Assembly (NCBI GenBank): GCA_965364515.1
Contig: CBDTXZ010000002.1
Span: forward strand, 1-49,743
DNA from: an uncultured bacterium
GTDB taxonomy: Bacteria; Actinomycetota; Acidimicrobiia; Spongiisociales; ZC4RG35
DNA length: 49,743 nt
Direction: 5' to 3'
A program made the translations under genes and the position numbers. Shown here piece after piece: positions 1 through 11,013 of the stretch. The notes under the pieces are model-generated. The model was not told where the DNA came from, ran no database searches, and worked only from the letters and a program-made list of their open reading frames with translations. Within the stretch, counting starts at the first letter, position 1. Each line of letters begins with the position of its first letter.

Positions 1-1105
1 CGACCTCGGCGAAGGTCGGAGCCACGACCTCCGTCGGCGTTGTCGTCGTTGACGATGCGTCCGGTGCCTCTGTGGTCGTGGTCGTGGCCTCGACCCGCTC
101 CTCCCCTGCGATGGCATCCCGAGCGTCGATGAGAAAGGCGTGCAGGGCGTCGATTTCGGCGACCGAGACTTCGGTGTCGGGATATGCGGGCATGCCACCG
201 GGAAGCCCGGTTCGCATGACCGTTTCGAGCCACGGCCTCGTGGCGAAGGCCGGTGACGGAGCAGAAGCTGCGCCCTGTGCGTTGAGACCGTGACATCCTG
301 CACAGCCCAGCTTCAGGAACAGCGCGCGACCGTCGGTCACGGCGTCACCGGACAGGGCACTGCCCGTCAGGCCTGGGCCGGGATAGAAGTATGCGGCGTC
401 GAGGTAGGCGACCGGAGAGCGGTCGTATCCCGTCGGATCGAGATTGTGGTGTGTGTCGGGGCTCCGGAGCAGCAAGGTGACGAGACCCAAGGCGAGCGAG
501 ATCATCGCCACCGCCACCAGCGGGGCGAGGTTGAACGGTCGGCGCAACCGCGGGGAGCGACCTCGCTCCGGATCCGGTTCCTCGGTCTTGCCGGATCGGG
601 ACACCCGGACCAGCCACAGCACGGCGACGATCATGATGACCCAGACCGAGCCGATGACCGCCGTGACCACCCACGATCCCAACCCCGGGATCTCGACCCC
701 GACCTCCGTGGCCACGATCTGTGCGCCGATGCCCACGCCGATCGTCACGGTGCCCGCCTCGGTGTCGGGCTCGTCCTCGACCACGACCCGCACCTTGTGG
801 ACTCCTCGTACCGTGAAGGCCGTGGTGAACGTGGCGACGCCGATGCTGTTGGTCGTGGCGGAGCCCAGGCGGATCTCACCGGTGACACCGGCGAAGAACG
901 CGTCCCCGAAGAACACGAGTGACGCCCCTTCGATCGGTTGGCCGCTGGAGGCCTCCCGTACGCTGACCGTGATCTCGATCTCTTCACCGGCCGCTGCCTG
1001 GTCTGGGCCCGAGACGTCGAGAATCCAGTGGTCGGCGACGGCCTTCGGATGCGGGAAGCAGACCGCAACGACGACCAGAGTCATGAGCACGACGCGCGCT
1101 CTCAT
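1..1105 (-). CDS. membrane-anchored monohaem cytochrome c, C-terminus truncated by window edge
   Basis: Absent from the supplied track because it runs off the window. Manual triplet scan of the minus frame from ATG (1105-1103) down to position 2 finds no in-frame stop. The product starts MRARVVLMTLVVVAVCF (signal-like). It then has a soluble domain of about 130 aa, two hydrophobic helices, a CAGCH haem c motif (encoded 304-290) and a GGMPAY Met-ligand-like motif (Met codon 193-191). The ATG overlaps the NrfD-like stop (ATGA). Confidence 0.6.
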   Translation of the reverse strand, partial: MRARVVLMTLVVVAVCFPHPKAVADHWILDVSGPDQAAAGEEIEITVSVREASSGQPIEGASLVFFGDAFFAGVTGEIRLGSATTNSIGVATFTTAFTVRGVHKVRVVVEDEPDTEAGTVTIGVGIGAQIVATEVGVEIPGLGSWVVTAVIGSVWVIMIVAVLWLVRVSRSGKTEEPDPERGRSPRLRRPFNLAPLVAVAMISLALGLVTLLLRSPDTHHNLDPTGYDRSPVAYLDAAYFYPGPGLTGSALSGDAVTDGRALFLKLGCAGCHGLNAQGAASAPSPAFATRPWLETVMRTGLPGGMPAYPDTEVSVAEIDALHAFLIDARDAIAGEERVEATTTTTEAPDASSTTTTPTEVVAPTFAEV

Positions 1106-2448
1106 GCGCCGCCCCCCGCGCTCGGATCACTCCTCGCCTCCGAAGGGATCTGCAACTGCGCTCGTTGCTCCTCTTCCTCGACCATCTCGTAGACGGCCAT
1201 GATCGGAAAGACCTTCACGAAGAGGGTCACCAGAAGGGCGAAGAAGGCGAACCCGCCCGCAGTGATCGACCACTCCACCCACGTGGGCGCGTAGTCGGCC
1301 GGTTCGTAGGGCATGAGCGGGGCCCGTAGACCCGTGATGACGATGAAGTACCGCTCAACCCACATCGCAAGCGCCACGAAGACCGCAGCCGTCACGATCC
1401 CACCGATCGTGCGCATCCGTGGAATGAACATGAGCACGATCGGTACGACGAGCCCTCCCACGAGGTAGAACCAGAAGTAGGGGGCGAACTCGGCCACGAA
1501 CAGCTGCCGGAAGATGAACTCGGACCCTTCCTCGAACTTGAACCCGGCCGTCACGTACTCGGAGATGTTGGCGTAGAGCATCACGCCCGCCATCACGGCG
1601 AGGAGGTACCCGAGGTAGCGGAAGTGCCTGAGGGTGAGGTACGCCTCCAGGTGGTACACGCGGCGCAGGAGCGCCATGAGGATGATGAGGGAGGCAATGC
1701 CGGAGAAGATCGCGCCGGCAACGAAGAAGAAGCCGAAGATGGCGCTGTTCCAGGCCTCCCGAAGGGTCATCGCAAAGATCCACGACACAACCGTGTGAAC
1801 CGAAACCGCGATGGGAATGATGAGGATCATCATGATCGAGATCGACGTGTGGAGCTGGCGCTTCTGGTCCGCCGTCCCCTCCCATTTGATGGCGAGGATT
1901 CGGTAGAGACCGCTCTTCCAACGGGCGACCTGCCCCGTGAGGCGATCACGGAAGAACGCCAGGTCCGGGATCATCGGCAGGTAGAGGTAGAGGAGGCTGG
2001 CGGAGAGGTACGTGGTGACCGCCGTCACGTCCCACACGATGGGCGACTGCCATCGTCCGTACACGATCACGTTGAGGAATCGGTCAGGACGGCCCAGGTC
2101 GACCACCACGAACAGGGCGCCCGTCATCAAGGCGACCGCGGTGATGAACTCGGCCATGCGGGTCACCGGAGTGCGCCAAGTGGCGTTGGACACTCGCAGG
2201 ATCGCCGAGATGAGTGTCCCCGCGTGACTGATGCCGATGAAGAAGACGAACATCGTGATGTAGAGACCCCAGGAGATGCGGTCCCGCATCCCGGTCACCA
2301 CGAGCCCGTCGCGCAGCTGGATGTAGTACGCGTAGATCGCCCAGGCGATCACCGCCAGCAATGCGCCGACAACGACGTAGTAGCTCCGGCTGGTGGTTCG
2401 AGCAGGTTCGAGCGTCGACTCTTCCAGCTCCGCCTGCCAGGGGCTCAC
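1102..2448 (-). CDS. NrfD/PsrC-family polytopic membrane subunit (quinone-interacting)
   Basis: Track ORF 1102..2493. It is multi-TM throughout, with NrfD-like sequence (GMRDRISWGLYITMFVFFIGISHAGTLISA, DLGRPDRF). The start is trimmed to GTG at 2448, which overlaps the upstream FeS gene stop as GTGA. Confidence 0.8.
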   Translation of the reverse strand: MSPWQAELEESTLEPARTTSRSYYVVVGALLAVIAWAIYAYYIQLRDGLVVTGMRDRISWGLYITMFVFFIGISHAGTLISAILRVSNATWRTPVTRMAEFITAVALMTGALFVVVDLGRPDRFLNVIVYGRWQSPIVWDVTAVTTYLSASLLYLYLPMIPDLAFFRDRLTGQVARWKSGLYRILAIKWEGTADQKRQLHTSISIMMILIIPIAVSVHTVVSWIFAMTLREAWNSAIFGFFFVAGAIFSGIASLIILMALLRRVYHLEAYLTLRHFRYLGYLLAVMAGVMLYANISEYVTAGFKFEEGSEFIFRQLFVAEFAPYFWFYLVGGLVVPIVLMFIPRMRTIGGIVTAAVFVALAMWVERYFIVITGLRAPLMPYEPADYAPTWVEWSITAGGFAFFALLVTLFVKVFPIMAVYEMVEEEEQRAQLQIPSEARSDPSAGGGA

Positions 2449-3554
2449 CGCTCCCACGTGACGCTTCCTTCCGCAACTCGAGACCACGGCCACCGAATCC
2501 GGAGGTGACCGGTCGTCGTTGGATCCCGGCCGACGTCTTCACCATGGCCTGGGATGTAGTAGACGCGAGGTTGCGAGCCGAGCTCCTCCTTGAGACGGAA
2601 GGCGTTGTTGTTGGCGAGAAAACGTGACACCGAAACCAGCTCGCGTCCGTTGGTGGCGTTGTCCTCCTCGAGATCTCCGTAGTAGATCGCCCTGTGGGGG
2701 CACCCCTGGATGCAGAACGGCAGCGTTCCCGCCCGCACCATGTCGGGACAGAAGTCGCACTTCATGACCGTGCCCTTCCGCGCCGGCACCTGCAGCTCGA
2801 GGTCGTAGTCGGCCAGCAATGCTTCCTCGGGGACCGGTGGTGCGCCCCAGTTGAAGAACCGTCGGTCGTACGGACAGGCAGCCATGCAGATACGGCAGCC
2901 GATACAGCGGTCCTGGTCGATGAGCACCGGCCCCTCCGGTGTGGAGAATGTGGCCGCCACCGGGCACACGTTGACACACGGCGGGTTCTGGCACTGCTGA
3001 CAGGGTGTGGGGATGAAACGAGTGCCATCTCCCGGGAGTTCGGCTTCGTACACCTCGATCCACTGCATGGGTTCGGGCGTGAAGTGGCCCTCGATGCAGG
3101 CGGTGGTGCATTGCGGCGGCAGCCCGACGCTCTGACAACCGTCGCAGCGTCGCAGGTCGATGATCATCGTCCATTGCCGGGTCCTCGCCCGTGGCGGGAG
3201 CAGCTCCGGCTCTGCCGGCGGAACCTGCGCCATGGCGCTGCGGACCATGTGGGGAACCATGAGATAGGTGCCACCGAAGAGAGCCGACCCTCCGAACAGT
3301 CTCAAGGCCGTGCGACGGTCGACGGTGCGCACTCCGTCCGCAAACAGCCAGGCCGTCCACTCCCTCCGGCTTTCGCGGGACATCGAGGCGCGCGCCGCAA
3401 CCACCGGCACCGATGCGAGCACGGTGAAGACCGTCAGGAGCACGAAGAGCGGGCTCACTCCCCACACGACCAACGCGGTCGCCGCCAGCGAGGCGAGCAG
3501 CCCCAATCCTGCGTGACTTCGAAGACGCCTGCGCTCAAACCGGCGAGTCACCAT
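2445..3554 (-). CDS. 4Fe-4S dicluster-type iron-sulfur subunit (NrfC/DmsB/HybA-like) with a twin-arginine-like motif
   Basis: Cys motifs: CDGCQS..C, CQQCQNPPCVNVCP, CIGCRICMAACP and CDFCPD...CIQGCP. DRRTALRLFGGSALFGG resembles a Tat signal. The N-terminal 57 aa are hydrophobic and the true start is uncertain (alternative ATG at 3383). Confidence 0.8.
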   Translation of the reverse strand: MVTRRFERRRLRSHAGLGLLASLAATALVVWGVSPLFVLLTVFTVLASVPVVAARASMSRESRREWTAWLFADGVRTVDRRTALRLFGGSALFGGTYLMVPHMVRSAMAQVPPAEPELLPPRARTRQWTMIIDLRRCDGCQSVGLPPQCTTACIEGHFTPEPMQWIEVYEAELPGDGTRFIPTPCQQCQNPPCVNVCPVAATFSTPEGPVLIDQDRCIGCRICMAACPYDRRFFNWGAPPVPEEALLADYDLELQVPARKGTVMKCDFCPDMVRAGTLPFCIQGCPHRAIYYGDLEEDNATNGRELVSVSRFLANNNAFRLKEELGSQPRVYYIPGHGEDVGRDPTTTGHLRIRWPWSRVAEGSVTWER

Positions 3555-3598
3555 GAGGAAACCCGCTGCATGGGGGCCGGACCACTTGGCGTGCTCAC
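3548..3598 (-). other. candidate 16-codon upstream ORF (leader peptide) coupled to the FeS gene
   Basis: GGGAGGAG (3610-3603) sits upstream of GTG at 3598, with 4 nt after the full purine tract and 6 nt after the GGAGG core. The ORF reads VSTPSGPAPMQRVSSW. Its TGA (3550-3548) overlaps the FeS gene start region (ATGGTGA). The FeS ATG at 3554 has no SD of its own. Confidence 0.25.
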
Positions 3599-3807
3599 GA
3601 GACTCCTCCCGGTGCCGTTCGACGGCGCCGACTGATTTCGCACACTGTTTGGATCCGCGGATTGGCCGCGCAAGGGCAGAAAGTCCATACGTGCGATCGG
3701 TGCCCCAGGAAGCCGAGACCCCGATGGCCTGGCCAGTGAAGCGGTGGTGACCTATCCGGCGGTCGACGAACCACCCGGGCGCAAACCCAGACGCGGCGAG
3801 TGGGTTC

Positions 3808-4860
3808 TCACACCTCGGTGTACAAGTAGGGGCGGAGTACGTCGAGGCGTCGCTCCATCGAGCCCTCGTCGATGAGACGCAGCGTGGCCGCCACTGTCGA
3901 GAGCAGCGGGTTGCCGTCCTGGGGGGTGAAGCAGAACCCGACCAGTTCGTTTCCTCCCCGAACCGCCAGCGTGTCGAGCGAGACGACCGCCTGGGCGAGG
4001 ATGCGCCCGTAGTAGCCGTGATCCCGACCGAAAGAGAACACCTCGTTGGCCGAGCGCTTGAGCGTGACCGCCACTCTCGTGTTGGCGTTGAGACGGTCGA
4101 TCGCCTCGTCGACCGTGATGTCCTGGTCGAGAGTGAGCGAGAAGTGGATCGAGTGCATGTACTGGGTGTTGAGCTTCAGTGCGGACGAGAACACGTTGAG
4201 GTCGTAGTCCATCGTCTCGAACAAACCATGGGCATCCCTGGCATGGTGTGTTCCGAACCGGTCGTCCTTGTGTGGCTCGACCGTGGGGCTGGCGACGAAC
4301 CCCGAACTCTGGCTGATGTCGTTGGCGCGCCGGATGCACAGGAAACGGCCGTCCTCGAGGTGCGATTCCCCGTCCGGGTCCATCGCCAGTGTCTTGATGA
4401 GGGCGGCGATGTTGTGGGTGTTGCACGACACGATGTGCAGGAACCGGTCGTCGATGGACACGACCCGATCGTTGATGCCACGGGCGTACATCTTGCCGAA
4501 ACCGAACTCGGAGCCCTGGGCCATGAACCCGAGGGGCCCCTCGGCGTGGTCGTAGAACTCCTCTTTCATCCTGTTGCCGACCGGTGTGCAGTCGATCACG
4601 ACCGTCGCCCGCTCGATCGCCTCGGTCGCCCCGTACTTGGGAGCGTGGCCGAGATCTTCGAATGCGGTCCGGCGGTCGTCGTCGACCGCCAGGACCGCAC
4701 CACGTCTCACGAGGTCGTTCACCTTGGCCCGCTCGGTGGCGAGCGGCGTCCGCTTGTGAAACGTCACCTCATCGATGCCGAAGTCGTCCCGGTGATCGGC
4801 GAGCAGCCCGATCAGCGGTTCACCGATGGTCCCGGTGCCGATCACATGAACGATGGACAT
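3808..4860 (-). CDS. type II (archaeal-type) glyceraldehyde-3-phosphate dehydrogenase family protein, substrate unknown
   Basis: N-terminal Rossmann motif VHVIGTGTIGEP and catalytic-Cys motif VSCNTHN, typical of archaeal-type GAPDH. The start is trimmed to ATG 4860, with GGAG immediately after the aceA stop (10-nt spacer). Confidence 0.7.
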   Translation of the reverse strand: MSIVHVIGTGTIGEPLIGLLADHRDDFGIDEVTFHKRTPLATERAKVNDLVRRGAVLAVDDDRRTAFEDLGHAPKYGATEAIERATVVIDCTPVGNRMKEEFYDHAEGPLGFMAQGSEFGFGKMYARGINDRVVSIDDRFLHIVSCNTHNIAALIKTLAMDPDGESHLEDGRFLCIRRANDISQSSGFVASPTVEPHKDDRFGTHHARDAHGLFETMDYDLNVFSSALKLNTQYMHSIHFSLTLDQDITVDEAIDRLNANTRVAVTLKRSANEVFSFGRDHGYYGRILAQAVVSLDTLAVRGGNELVGFCFTPQDGNPLLSTVAATLRLIDEGSMERRLDVLRPYLYTEV

Positions 4861-4870
4861 GAAACGCTCC

Positions 4871-6154
<1,284 letters not shown>

Positions 6155-6195
6155 GAGTGTCTCTCCTGTTTCGTGATCGGTTGGGTCTGTCGGTC

Positions 6196-7749
6196 TCAGT
6201 CGATGTGGTCGTAGGCCACGAGGGTGAGGAACTCGACGAAGTCGGGGTTGAGGGCGACGTCGAGGAAGACGTCTACTGCGAGGGGGTCGACGTCGAGCCC
6301 CTCGACCTCCTCGGCGGTGATTCGCCGGACCAGGTCGGCGTCGATCGGGCCCAATTCGGGTGTTCCGACCCCGTGATTCACCCATTGCCAGATCTGGCTT
6401 CTCGAGATCTCGGCGGTGGCGACATCCTCCATCAGGTTGTCGATGCCGGCGGCTCCGACGCCCGAGAGCCAGGAGTCGAGGTAGCGGATACCCACGTTGA
6501 TGTTGGTGCGCAGCCCGGCCTCGGTCACCGATGCTCCTGGAATGGTGACATCGAGGAGATCGTTCGGGGCAATGACCACCTCGCGTTGGCGTTCGAGCTG
6601 GTTGGGACGGTCACCGAGCACCTGATCGAACTCTGCCCGTGCCACCTCGACGAGACCCGGATGCGCCACCCAGGTTCCGTCGCAACCGGCTTCGGCTTCC
6701 CGCTTCTTGTCGTCCCCGACCTTCGCGAACGCCGCCTCGGTGACCTCGGAGTCGGCGCGATTCGGGATGAATGCTGCCATTCCGCCGATGGCGTGTGCCC
6801 CTCGTCGGTGGCATGTGGCGATCTGAAGCTCCGTGTATGCGTGCATGAACGGTGTCGACATCGTGACCGCAGACCGATCAGGCAGCACGAACTCGGGGCG
6901 GTTCCGGAACTTCTTGATCACCGAGAAGATGTAATCCCAGCGCCCGGCATTGAGCCCGGCAGAGTGGTCCCGCAACTCGTAGAGGATCTCGTCCATCTGG
7001 AATGCGGCAGTGATCGTCTCTATCAGGACCGTGGCCCGAATGGTCCCGACCGGGAGACCGAGGAGCTCCTGAGCCTTGACGAAGACGTCGTTCCACAGCC
7101 GGGCCTCGAGGTGATGCTCGAGCTTCGGCAGGTAGAAGTACGGGCCGGATCCGCGCTCGATCGCCGCCCGCCCTCCGTGGAACAGGTACAGACCGAAGTC
7201 GAAGATGGACCCAGGCACCGGCTCGCCGTCCACGAGCGCGTGCTTCTCGACGAGATGCCATCCACGGGGTCGGACCATGAGCGTGGCGAGGTCCTCTCCC
7301 AACTCGTACGCCTTCGCCTCGGTCTCGAGCGTCAGGGTGCGATGCTGGGCCTCCAGCAGATTGCGCTGACCGGTGACCACGTTCTCCCAGGTGGGGGTGC
7401 AGGCGTCTTCGAAGTCGGCCATGAAGACGTTCGCCCCGGAGTTGAGGGCGTTGATGACCATCTTGGCGTCCACCGACCCGGTGATCTCGACTCGACGGTC
7501 GATCAGGTCATGAGCCGGAGCCACGACGGTCCAGTCGGATTCCCTCACGGCGGCGGTGTCGGGCTCGAAATCGAGCGTTCCGCCGGCGTCGAGGGCGTGT
7601 TGTCGCTCAGCGCGGGCCTCGAGGAGCTCGAGACGTACGTCCCGGAAGGTGCGGGTGAGCTCTGCCACGAAGGCGAGGGCGTCATCACTCAGGATCTCGG
7701 GGTCGAGATTCGGTCCGGCCAGTTCGATCGATGCAGTTTTCATGTTCAT
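6196..7749 (-). CDS. aceB: malate synthase A
   Basis: Recognisable as malate synthase A along its full length ([34 protein letters not shown]). It lies immediately upstream of aceA on the same strand. Confidence 0.95.
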   Translation of the reverse strand: MNMKTASIELAGPNLDPEILSDDALAFVAELTRTFRDVRLELLEARAERQHALDAGGTLDFEPDTAAVRESDWTVVAPAHDLIDRRVEITGSVDAKMVINALNSGANVFMADFEDACTPTWENVVTGQRNLLEAQHRTLTLETEAKAYELGEDLATLMVRPRGWHLVEKHALVDGEPVPGSIFDFGLYLFHGGRAAIERGSGPYFYLPKLEHHLEARLWNDVFVKAQELLGLPVGTIRATVLIETITAAFQMDEILYELRDHSAGLNAGRWDYIFSVIKKFRNRPEFVLPDRSAVTMSTPFMHAYTELQIATCHRRGAHAIGGMAAFIPNRADSEVTEAAFAKVGDDKKREAEAGCDGTWVAHPGLVEVARAEFDQVLGDRPNQLERQREVVIAPNDLLDVTIPGASVTEAGLRTNINVGIRYLDSWLSGVGAAGIDNLMEDVATAEISRSQIWQWVNHGVGTPELGPIDADLVRRITAEEVEGLDVDPLAVDVFLDVALNPDFVEFLTLVAYDHID

Positions 7750-7844
7750 TCCGTCGATGTTTCACGCTTGTGAACGGATCACGGCGACTTCGGACCGCAA
7801 GAACCGACTATCTTTCGCATTACGCGAGCAATGGTGTTCTTCTG

Positions 7845-9299
7845 ATGACCCTCGATCCGTTGGTGTTCGGTCACCGACTCCGGCACTTCCGACGCCAGCG
7901 CAACATGACGCTGGAGGATCTGGGTGAGGCGATCGGGCGGCCTGCGCCCTATCTCTCCCTCGTCGAGAACGGCAAGCGCGACGTGAAACTCGGACAGATC
8001 GGCGCCCTCGCCGAGGCGGTCGGGGTCTCGGTCGCCGAACTACTCGAAGATGCCGCCCCCGACCGGCGCTCCGACCTCGAGATTCGACTCGAACGCGCCC
8101 AGCAACATCCGGTGTATCGCCGGCTCGGGCTCCCCCACCTGAAGCCGACCGCCAAGACGCCCGACGACGTGCTCGAGCACCTCTTGGCGCTCTACGAGGT
8201 CGCCGCCGTCGACACACCGGTCGGGTCGGCGACCGCAGACGATCTCAGGAGGGCGAACGGCGACTGTGCTCGACGTCTGGCGGAGGCGGACGGATGGCTC
8301 GAAGACGTCGAACTCGCAGCCGAGGCCCTGCTCGAGGAGGCCGGCATCGACGACACCGGTCCGCTCACCACCCGGGACCTGACCGCACTTGCAGATCATC
8401 TCGGATATCGGGTGCGCGCCGTCGACGACATCCCCAAATCGGTCCGTTCGATCGTGGACGAGTCACGACAGCGCATCTACGTTGCCCAACGGAACGAGTT
8501 GCGTACCAGACAGGCCAGAAAGGCGATCCTCCAGACCCTCGGGCACCGGGTGCTCGGCCACGAAGATCCTCAGACTCCCTTCGAGATGCTGTGGCAGCGC
8601 GTCGAGACGTCGTACTTCGCGGCCGCGATCCTCGTCCCGGCGAAATCGGCGCAGGCGTTTCTGAAGCCTGCCAAACAGGGACGCGATCTGTCCATCGAGG
8701 ACCTCAAAGAACGGTTCTACGTGTCATACGAGATGGCCGCCCAACGCTTCACCAACCTGGCCACGGCGACCCTCGACATCCGATGCCACTTTCTGCGGAG
8801 TCGCAACGACGGGACGATCGTGAAGGCGTACTCGAACGATGGCGCCCCACTCCCCCAGGACGGCTACGGAGGAAGCGAGGGCCGCAGACTCTGTCGGCAG
8901 TTCGCAGCCCGGACGGCCTACGAATCAGAAACGGGCTACGACGTCCACAACCAGTTCACCGACACACCGGCCGGTTCGTTCCTGTGCTCCACCCATCTCG
9001 TGGCGGCCGGAGACGGAGACGCCATGACCATCGGGGTTCGATTCAAAGACGCCCGCTACTTCCGGGGACGCCGCACCGACCAGCACCGGATCTCGAAATG
9101 CCCCGACGGTGAGTGCTGTCACCGGCCTGCCCGTGGCGAGTACGTCCCCGGCCTCGTCGTGCATTCGCGGATCCAGGAGCGCCTCGTCGGCGTGCTGACA
9201 CCGAGCCTCGACCCGCCCATCGACTCGGCGGAAGTCGCAGAATTCGCCGAGCGTCACGACGTCGACGAAACATCTTCACTTTTCGACGAACTCCAATAG
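7845..9299 (+). CDS. XRE-family HTH regulator with ImmA/IrrE-like domain (RamB/PrpR-like short-chain acyl-CoA regulator)
   Basis: N-terminal HTH (FGHRLRHFRRQRNMTLEDLGEAIGRPAPYLSLVENGKR) plus a long C-terminal domain. It is divergent from aceBA, as RamB is from icl in mycobacteria. The start is trimmed to ATG 7845. Confidence 0.75.
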   Translation: MTLDPLVFGHRLRHFRRQRNMTLEDLGEAIGRPAPYLSLVENGKRDVKLGQIGALAEAVGVSVAELLEDAAPDRRSDLEIRLERAQQHPVYRRLGLPHLKPTAKTPDDVLEHLLALYEVAAVDTPVGSATADDLRRANGDCARRLAEADGWLEDVELAAEALLEEAGIDDTGPLTTRDLTALADHLGYRVRAVDDIPKSVRSIVDESRQRIYVAQRNELRTRQARKAILQTLGHRVLGHEDPQTPFEMLWQRVETSYFAAAILVPAKSAQAFLKPAKQGRDLSIEDLKERFYVSYEMAAQRFTNLATATLDIRCHFLRSRNDGTIVKAYSNDGAPLPQDGYGGSEGRRLCRQFAARTAYESETGYDVHNQFTDTPAGSFLCSTHLVAAGDGDAMTIGVRFKDARYFRGRRTDQHRISKCPDGECCHRPARGEYVPGLVVHSRIQERLVGVLTPSLDPPIDSAEVAEFAERHDVDETSSLFDELQ

Positions 9300-9337
9300 G
9301 CTGATCTGCAAGAATCCCCCAGTGGGAGGTGAAGTGC

Positions 9338-9634
9338 ATGACGACATATCGTGGATCGCTGAGGGTGCCCGGCGATGAAGGGCCGCCTCTGTCGGTCGAG
9401 ATCGATCTGACCGCAGAGCGCTTTCGAATGAGCGCCGGAGACGCCGAGATCGGCGACTGGTCCATGTCTGAGATTCGCGTCAACGCCCTTCCCGACGGAT
9501 TCCATCTCCGGGCCGAGGGCGAAGAGGTCCTCCTCGACGTCAGTGACGACGCCCAATTCGCCGTCGACCTCGGGCTCCGCACTGCTCCCCCGCATCTGAG
9601 GCGCCGCATGAGCGCTCTGATGCGCAACGACTGA
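9338..9634 (+). CDS. hypothetical small protein
   Basis: 98-aa ORF with GGGAGG 8 nt upstream of ATG 9338. No motif recognised. Confidence 0.4.
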   Translation: MTTYRGSLRVPGDEGPPLSVEIDLTAERFRMSAGDAEIGDWSMSEIRVNALPDGFHLRAEGEEVLLDVSDDAQFAVDLGLRTAPPHLRRRMSALMRND

Positions 9635-9637
9635 ACG

Positions 9638-11011
9638 TCACGCCAGGAACAGCGTCGGCTCCTCGAGGTTCTCGACCACGGTCGCCAGGAACCTCCGACC
9701 TTGCGCACCGTCGATGACACGATGGTCGTATGACAGCGAGAGCGGCATCATGGGAGCCACCTCCAGCCGCCCGTTGCGGGCCACCGGCGTGTCTTCGGCC
9801 CGTCCGACACTCAGGATCCCCGTGGTGCCATGCGGGACGATCGGGGTTCCGTAGCCGCCGCCCACCGCTCCGATGTTCGAGACGGTGAAGGACTGGCCGC
9901 CGAACGCCCCGACGGGAAGTGATCGGGTCCGGGCTCCCTCCGAGAGCCGGGCGATCTCCTCGGTCAACTCGACCAGATCGAGACCCATCGGGTCCTCGAC
10001 GACGACGACCATCAAGCCGTCCTCGGTGTCGACCGCGACCCCCACATCCACACGTGCGGGATAGACCAGGTCTCCTCCGTCGAGCCTGGCGGTCATCTCG
10101 GCGTGGCGACCGAGCGCGACGACCACCGCCTTCACGACCATCGCATCGATCGACACCGGAGCGCCCCGCCGCCGTTTCAAGGCAGACCGTGATGCCATCA
10201 GGCGAGTGACGTCGGCGGCACCGAACGTCGTGACGTGGGGGATCTGGGTCCAAGACTCCGTCATTCGCTCGGCGATGGTCCTGCGAAGCTTGGACATCTC
10301 GACTCGTCGGTCGGCGGCCGGCTCTTCCAGGCGCTGCGGGGTCTCCGGAACCCGTTCCTCGTGGCTCTCCTCGTCCTCATCCATCTCATCGGCTTCCGTC
10401 TCGGGTGGCTCATCGGGCGTCGTCGGCGGCTCCTCGGCCTGGGGCTGGACACTCTCTGCTTGCGTCGGATCCGGGGCGGTTTCGGCACCATCGGCTCGTT
10501 CGGCGGCAGCCCTGACGTCGTCGCGGGTGATCCTGCCCTCGGCACCCGTCCCGACCACCGTCGACAGGTCGACGCCGAGCTCCGAGGCCAGCCTTCTCAC
10601 GATCGGCAGCGCCTCTACGCCGGAGGGGCCCGGCGCCCACGGCGCCAGGTCGTTCCGAGGCGTGAGGTCTACGGCGTCACTGGACAGGGTTCCGACGATC
10701 GGCGCAGCCTCCGAGCTGTCGGCTGCGGTCGCATCGTGGTGGTCCGCCGTGCCGCCCGGCTCTGCGTCATCCTCTGCGGTCCGGATCGTGACCAGCACCT
10801 GGCCCACCTCGAGCACCGAACCCTCCGGAGCCCCGTGAGCAACGACGACACCTGCGAAGGGGGTCGGGATCTCCATGAGTGCCTTGTCGGTTTCGATCTC
10901 GACGATCGGCTGGTCGAGCGCCACCGTGTCACCCTCCGACACCAGCCAGCGAACGATCTCGGCCTCTGTGAGCCCCTCACCGATGTCCGGGAGAACGAAT
11001 TCGGTGGCCAT
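9638..11011 (-). CDS. dihydrolipoamide acyltransferase (E2) of a 2-oxoacid dehydrogenase complex
   Basis: Lipoyl domain (IETDKALMEIP), E3/E1-binding domain (PIVRRLASELGVDLSTVVGTGAEGRITRDDV), an acidic Pro-rich linker, and a catalytic domain with the DHRVIDG motif. The start is trimmed to MATEFVLPDIGEG at 11011. Confidence 0.9.
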   Translation of the reverse strand: MATEFVLPDIGEGLTEAEIVRWLVSEGDTVALDQPIVEIETDKALMEIPTPFAGVVVAHGAPEGSVLEVGQVLVTIRTAEDDAEPGGTADHHDATAADSSEAAPIVGTLSSDAVDLTPRNDLAPWAPGPSGVEALPIVRRLASELGVDLSTVVGTGAEGRITRDDVRAAAERADGAETAPDPTQAESVQPQAEEPPTTPDEPPETEADEMDEDEESHEERVPETPQRLEEPAADRRVEMSKLRRTIAERMTESWTQIPHVTTFGAADVTRLMASRSALKRRRGAPVSIDAMVVKAVVVALGRHAEMTARLDGGDLVYPARVDVGVAVDTEDGLMVVVVEDPMGLDLVELTEEIARLSEGARTRSLPVGAFGGQSFTVSNIGAVGGGYGTPIVPHGTTGILSVGRAEDTPVARNGRLEVAPMMPLSLSYDHRVIDGAQGRRFLATVVENLEEPTLFLA

Positions 11012-11013
11012 GA

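Noticed and set aside
290-1202. + strand ORFs 290..922 and 444..1202 at the window start
   Set aside because: The minus frame over the same DNA is open to the window edge. It encodes a coherent signal peptide, TM helices and a CAGCH cytochrome c domain. The + strand products are His/Arg/Asp-rich with no motifs.
6157-7773. 538-aa + strand ORF opposite malate synthase, with similar shadows opposite aceA, ftsK, cofH, the E1/E2 genes and the LOG gene
   Set aside because: The opposite-strand genes carry unambiguous family signatures. The shadow translations are compositionally biased and motif-free.
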